This document shows positions 59,516-64,000 of a DNA stretch of 64,000 nucleotides, piece by piece. Both the position numbers and the translations under genes were made by a program. The DNA comes from Sminthopsis crassicaudata (Eukaryota). The stretch lies in the NCBI RefSeq assembly GCF_048593235.1, contig NC_133623.1, positions 40,416,211-40,480,210 on the forward strand. Reading direction: 5' to 3'. Every line of letters starts with the position of its first letter. Positions within the stretch are counted from its first letter, which is position 1. A model generated the notes under the pieces. It worked only from the letters and a program-made list of their open reading frames with translations, searched no databases and was not told the DNA's origin.

Positions 59516-60559
59516 AGTTACTTGTTTTAGGCCATCCTTCCCCGCTGTCAACCCCAAACTTGTCTGCCTACGATATTCATTGAGGGCCTTGTTGCCCTTA
59601 AAAAATCTCTGATGTTCATCTCCCATAGTCCTCTCCATTTTCATCAGCAGGTACACTTGCTCTCTGATGGGTAGCAATTGTTTCAGGCTCTTTGGGGTCA
59701 ACTGATCACGCATGCTTCCTGGATCTGCAACTCCTTGTGAGTGACTGGCTTTACAAGGGGTCCTTGTCCTCTGGGATTTCTCAGGATTGGGAAACTTATC
59801 AGGAGGAGAGAGCAGCTAGCTGCGCCATTGGAGCCAAAGAGGCCAAAGCTCCATGGGAATCTCATGGCACCATTTGCTTTGGAAGCACCGGTGGCTGGGC
59901 CTACTGCTGAGATAGCACGGGCTCACCTCTCGAGGACCGGGGCAGCCTTGAAAGTCAACCCTGGGCCAGGTGCCTGTGACCCAAAGCAAACCAGGGCAGG
60001 CTCGGGGAACTTTGAATAGTTGGCCCAAAGCACCAGTTGGCCTCTTCTCTTTGCTCTAAGAGCCCTGTTCTTTGGACCTTGAAGAAGAAAGTGCTGCAGC
60101 TGATCAATGTCTGCTTTTCCCCGTCTGAGGCTGCCAATGGAATAACCCTCACGCCTTGGAAATTTAACCAAAGCATATTTAGAAGTAGGTTAATAAATAT
60201 GCAAAGCTGAAGTGGTCTCAGGTGACTCTAACTAAGCAGAATAAGCCTAGTGGGAAAAATAACATTTCCTTCCAAATCTCACAGAGGTGAGGGCAGAAAG
60301 CATTAAGTCCCCCAGGAGAGTTGGCAGGTATGTTCTAAAAGCCTCTCTTGACCACTTCCTGATAGAAACAAGTGAGGAGGTACCCCAGGGGAGATGCCCC
60401 TTGGCAAAGACTCATTTACACCAGTGTTTTAATTAGAACCTTGGGGCCCACTTAACCAACAGCTCCTCCATCCTCCCTAGGTCCTCCCCACCCCATCTGC
60501 CGCCTGCCTAGCACATTCCTACCTCTTACTCTCCTAATCTCTCATTCTGAAGTCCTGTC

Positions 60560-62260
60560 TATCTTGGCAGAAACTCTTTTTGACTTCCTGCTCCTTTTCT
60601 CTGTGTTCTCTTCCCTGTTCTACCCTCCTTAGAACCTCATGTCCTCTGCCCTTCCTTACTGTTTTGCCTTCTACACCCCTGTTCTGTTATTCACATTCCC
60701 TTGATCCTCCATCCTAACCTCTTGCCTTGCGCTTTTTCTTGAGCATCTTCTATCTCTCAGCATGCTCTCTTGTGGTGAACCCATCTTTCACCCACCCCAA
60801 AGCAGAGAAGGAGGAGGAGGTAGCATTCACATAGTCTTCACTGTCCCTCTGCCACCAGCAGTCAGCAGCATTTCCCAAATTTTGCCCCGTTACTCCTGAT
60901 CTTTGTGGTGATCATTTACCAACTTCTAAGTCCCTCCTCTCTCTGCTGCCTCTGTGAGGCCAGTCCTGGTCACAGTCTTCATTTCTCCTGCAACGCCTGT
61001 CTTCATCTTTGCCGGTTTTGTGATTCCTGTGGGAGACACTTCTGGGCCTCTGGCTTCCTGGTTGTTCCGTGTTCTTTACTCCCATGACCATCATCTCCAT
61101 TCTAGCTTCAGCGATCCAGATTAGGCCTTGTAGTTTTAGAAACTATCTGTACCACAAGGTGAACTCTGAAAGTCTTCCCTTTGATTAAACCCTCTGGCTT
61201 TTGCCTCCCACCCTCTACCTCCCACTACCACCAGACCACTTCATCTTCTGCCAGCCTCACTTCTAACTCTGGTAGCTCAGTCTTCAGTTCTGCCTCACTT
61301 TTCTGTCTTGACTCTATAGTTTAACCCCAATCCCTCACTGTCTTCCCCTTTGACTAGTTATGTATTGCTAATGTTCAAACCCTTGTAATCTCTATTATTG
61401 TCCTTTGTTCTCACTCTCAAGCTATTTCATGTTACAAAAGGAAGCCAGAGAACTATGTATAGTTAGTCTAGCACAGGTTTATAAAATGTAATCTCAGCTG
61501 CTGGATGGCAGGAGTATCCTCTCCTATCCCCAAGTGCTGGTACAGCAAGATTTCGAGCTCTGGCATCAAAAGACTTCAGGTCAAATGTCGCCTCTAATGC
61601 TTATTACCTGTTTGACCTTCAGTCACTTGCTAGACCTCAGTTTCCTCATTTGTAAAACGAGAGGAATAGATTACGCAGCCTCTAATGTTCCTTCCACATC
61701 TAAATCTGCCATTTTGTGATTCTGATGAATCCTACTTTGACCAGAAGTGACTCTATCTCAATAGGCAACCTTGCTTTTCTTTACTTTACTGGGTCAATTA
61801 AGGCCATCTCTCTTACTTTCCTGTATCTCCTTTATTCCTTTTTTGTTCCTTCCTCAGAGTGATATGAACAACCTCAATCTTTCACTTCTAAGGCTGACTC
61901 TATTCTGTCCTTGCCTCATTGATCTCCCCCTCTTCCTGTCTCCAGACTCTTTCCCTAATACTTCCAGACTTGCTTGGGTCTTTGTGGTTCTTAAAAACAA
62001 ATAGACAAGACCGCTTTCCCTTGAATCTGTGGGCTTATCTTTCTTCTTCCTTTCTCATCTCCAGAAGGAGGCTCCCATCCTCACTCTCTGTGCATCTTTG
62101 CCAGTGATTCACTGCTTGCCCACTTGCACTTCCACTTCTGACCCTGTCACTATGTTGAGACTACTCTTGCCAAGTTGATATAACTTACTAATTGTGAAAT
62201 CATTATTGTTTTAAAAATCCTCATCTTTGTTGACTTTGGCGATGACCACTTCAGTTTTGT
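60560..62260 (+). mobile_element. Fragmented L2 LINE ORF2 remnants interrupted by a MIR (about 61535-61720)
   Basis: Pyrimidine-rich text (ccatctttcacccac, tctattattgtcctttg, tctcttactttcc, gactactcttgccaagtt) resembles sense L2 as recalled. Confidence 0.5.
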
Positions 62261-64000
62261 AAATGTTAAAGGCTGTGCAGGACTTTGGTGGTTCTGTTGC
62301 TCTCGGAACCTTCCCTCTCTGTAGGTATGAATGCATGCATTCATCCTTTATATGAAAGAAAACCCTATTGTTTACTTACTACAAGTGCCAAGCTTTGTGT
62401 CGGGCATGGGGTACACAGAAAGACAAAGGTCATCCCTGTCCTCAAGGAGCTTGGCTCTCAAGAGGAGAGGGGAGACAGTGAATTCGGAAATATTGGCCCA
62501 GGTTGGGGTATTTCAATTTGGAAAGTTACTGGGACAGTGAGGGGAGGAATAGAGTAGAATGATGCCTTTTCTAGTAGCAATATCGTTTTGTTTATGGCTC
62601 CAGGACTGCAAAGTGTGAGGGGAAGGAGGGCATATCTAGAATAACACAATCACTATGCAGATGTCAAGGAGTAAAATGAAACATGGCTGGGGCCTCTGAG
62701 ATGTCACAGGCCCTGTGAGTCACTCTCCTCTCATGATAGGGAGGAGAACAAGGAAGGAGATGTGTAATATTTCAAGAGCTGGTGATCCCATCATTGCAAG
62801 TTGTCCTGTTACCCACCAGAATCCCTTTGTCCCATTCCCTCCTTTGTGACAGCATTCACGAGTCGACACAGAAAACAGTTCTCAGCCCCTGATGGCCCAC
62901 CCTTTAGCGATGAGCCTTTCTGTACGTTGTGAGGTGGCTTTGTGACTGGCAGTCCTTGCCCAGAACCCTGCTCAGAGGCCTTCCGGTTTGGTGTGACCCA
63001 AAAGCATTTGGCCTCTGCTGACTGTCTTGGGGAACCCAGGGTGACTTTCATCACCCGATGAGGCACCAGAAGGCTGCCTTGGAGGGAAATATTATATTTG
63101 GCATGGAAAAGTACTGAGGAAAAATATAGCTAACTAGCATAACATGTCTTTCTCTGATTTTATTTTCCCTGCCATGTTGAGGTTATGGTTTTCTTATGAA
63201 CTAAGCAGATGGGCAATGCCTTTGAGTTTAGTCAAGAATGGATTCTTAATTAACTGTCCAGAGGTTTGTTTCAGGAGGTAGAAGTCAGAGAAGGGCTCCT
63301 TCTGTGAGTAGGGAAAATTGGATCTATTGCAAGCAAACAAAAGGGTGAATTTCTTCTAAATGAATTATTTAAGGGAGCCAAGGAAAGATAAAAGAACAAA
63401 AGTGTGCTTAATCTCCTCATGCTAATGCATGCCCTTGCATGCTGGCTTCTATTGCTGCTTGGAAGTAACAGGAGAGGTTGGTGTTAGGGTCTTGATATTC
63501 AATTTTCAGGTTGGTTTAAGAAAGGGAAGCAGATCTAGGAGGAAAGGCAGAGAAATCAGGGAAAAGAAAATGCCCAGAATCGATCCTACCTCCAGGTAGT
63601 TTTTCCCCTTCCACTTTTCCCCTGACCTTGGGTTTCTGGCAGCTCAGAGTCATTTGGGGAGGAAGGGGAACATGGCAATTCCTCCCTTAGCTCTCTATTG
63701 CTGCCATTAGACCTTTTTTGGAAACTGAGTCTACACGAAAGAATGTAGAAAGCATTTACTAAGTGCAACCTCGGTGCCGGGCAGCTATTATATTTTGTCC
63801 TGGGTCACACAGACAACGAGGCCATCCTGGCAAGGAGATGGCCTTATTACCCCCGTTTGTGAGTGAAGAACCCCTCAGCTACCACAGCTTGAACAACTGG
63901 AGTTTTGCTGGCTCCCATTCTAGTCCTCTCTCCACTGCGCCACCTAGTGCTGAAGGTGAGCAAAAGGCCCGTGAGCAGATCAATTTCATAGAGACTTAGA

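Noticed and set aside
59303-59713. 136-aa minus-strand ORF with a protein-like N-terminal half; considered as an endogenous viral element or exon
   Set aside because: The C-terminal half is MITE sequence and no viral or cellular motif was recognised. A tBLASTn/HHpred search would be needed to revive it.
8340-64000. Search for expected neighbours (CLEC18, PDPR, WWP2/miR-140) and for tRNA, snRNA, Y or 7SK genes
   Set aside because: No matching peptides or RNA sequences were seen by eye. tRNA-like A/B boxes all belong to SINE heads.

Overview
Vertebrate genomic DNA, almost certainly marsupial. It carries abundant MIR/L2/L3, Mar1-type and WSINE1-like CORE-SINEs, an RTE fragment and a marsupial-type L1 ORF1 start; the WSINE1-like copies point to an Australian lineage. 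Only one protein-coding gene is recognisable: an intact, intronless EXOSC6/MTR3 (4604-5521, +). It has its own CpG-rich promoter, a canonical poly(A) signal and a roughly 35-aa C-terminal extension relative to human. Upstream lies an old, diverged tandem triplication of a 0.8-1 kb unit. Immediately after the poly(A) site is a roughly 2.1 kb GC-rich minisatellite with a unit of about 45 bp. The remaining 56 kb or so is gene-poor: ancient retroposons, hAT-type MITEs, one solo LTR with an intact-looking core promoter and splice donors, simple repeats, two assembly gaps and several repeat-free patches that resemble conserved non-coding elements. I find no CRISPR, rRNA, tRNA or other recognisable ncRNA gene, and no convincing evidence of a new multi-gene system. 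The best leads are the EXOSC6 extension and its apparent separation from AARS1, the minisatellite in the termination zone, the LTR promoter/exon architecture and the upstream triplication. Repeat family names and most repeat boundaries come from recalled consensus sequences and are approximate; no database search was run.
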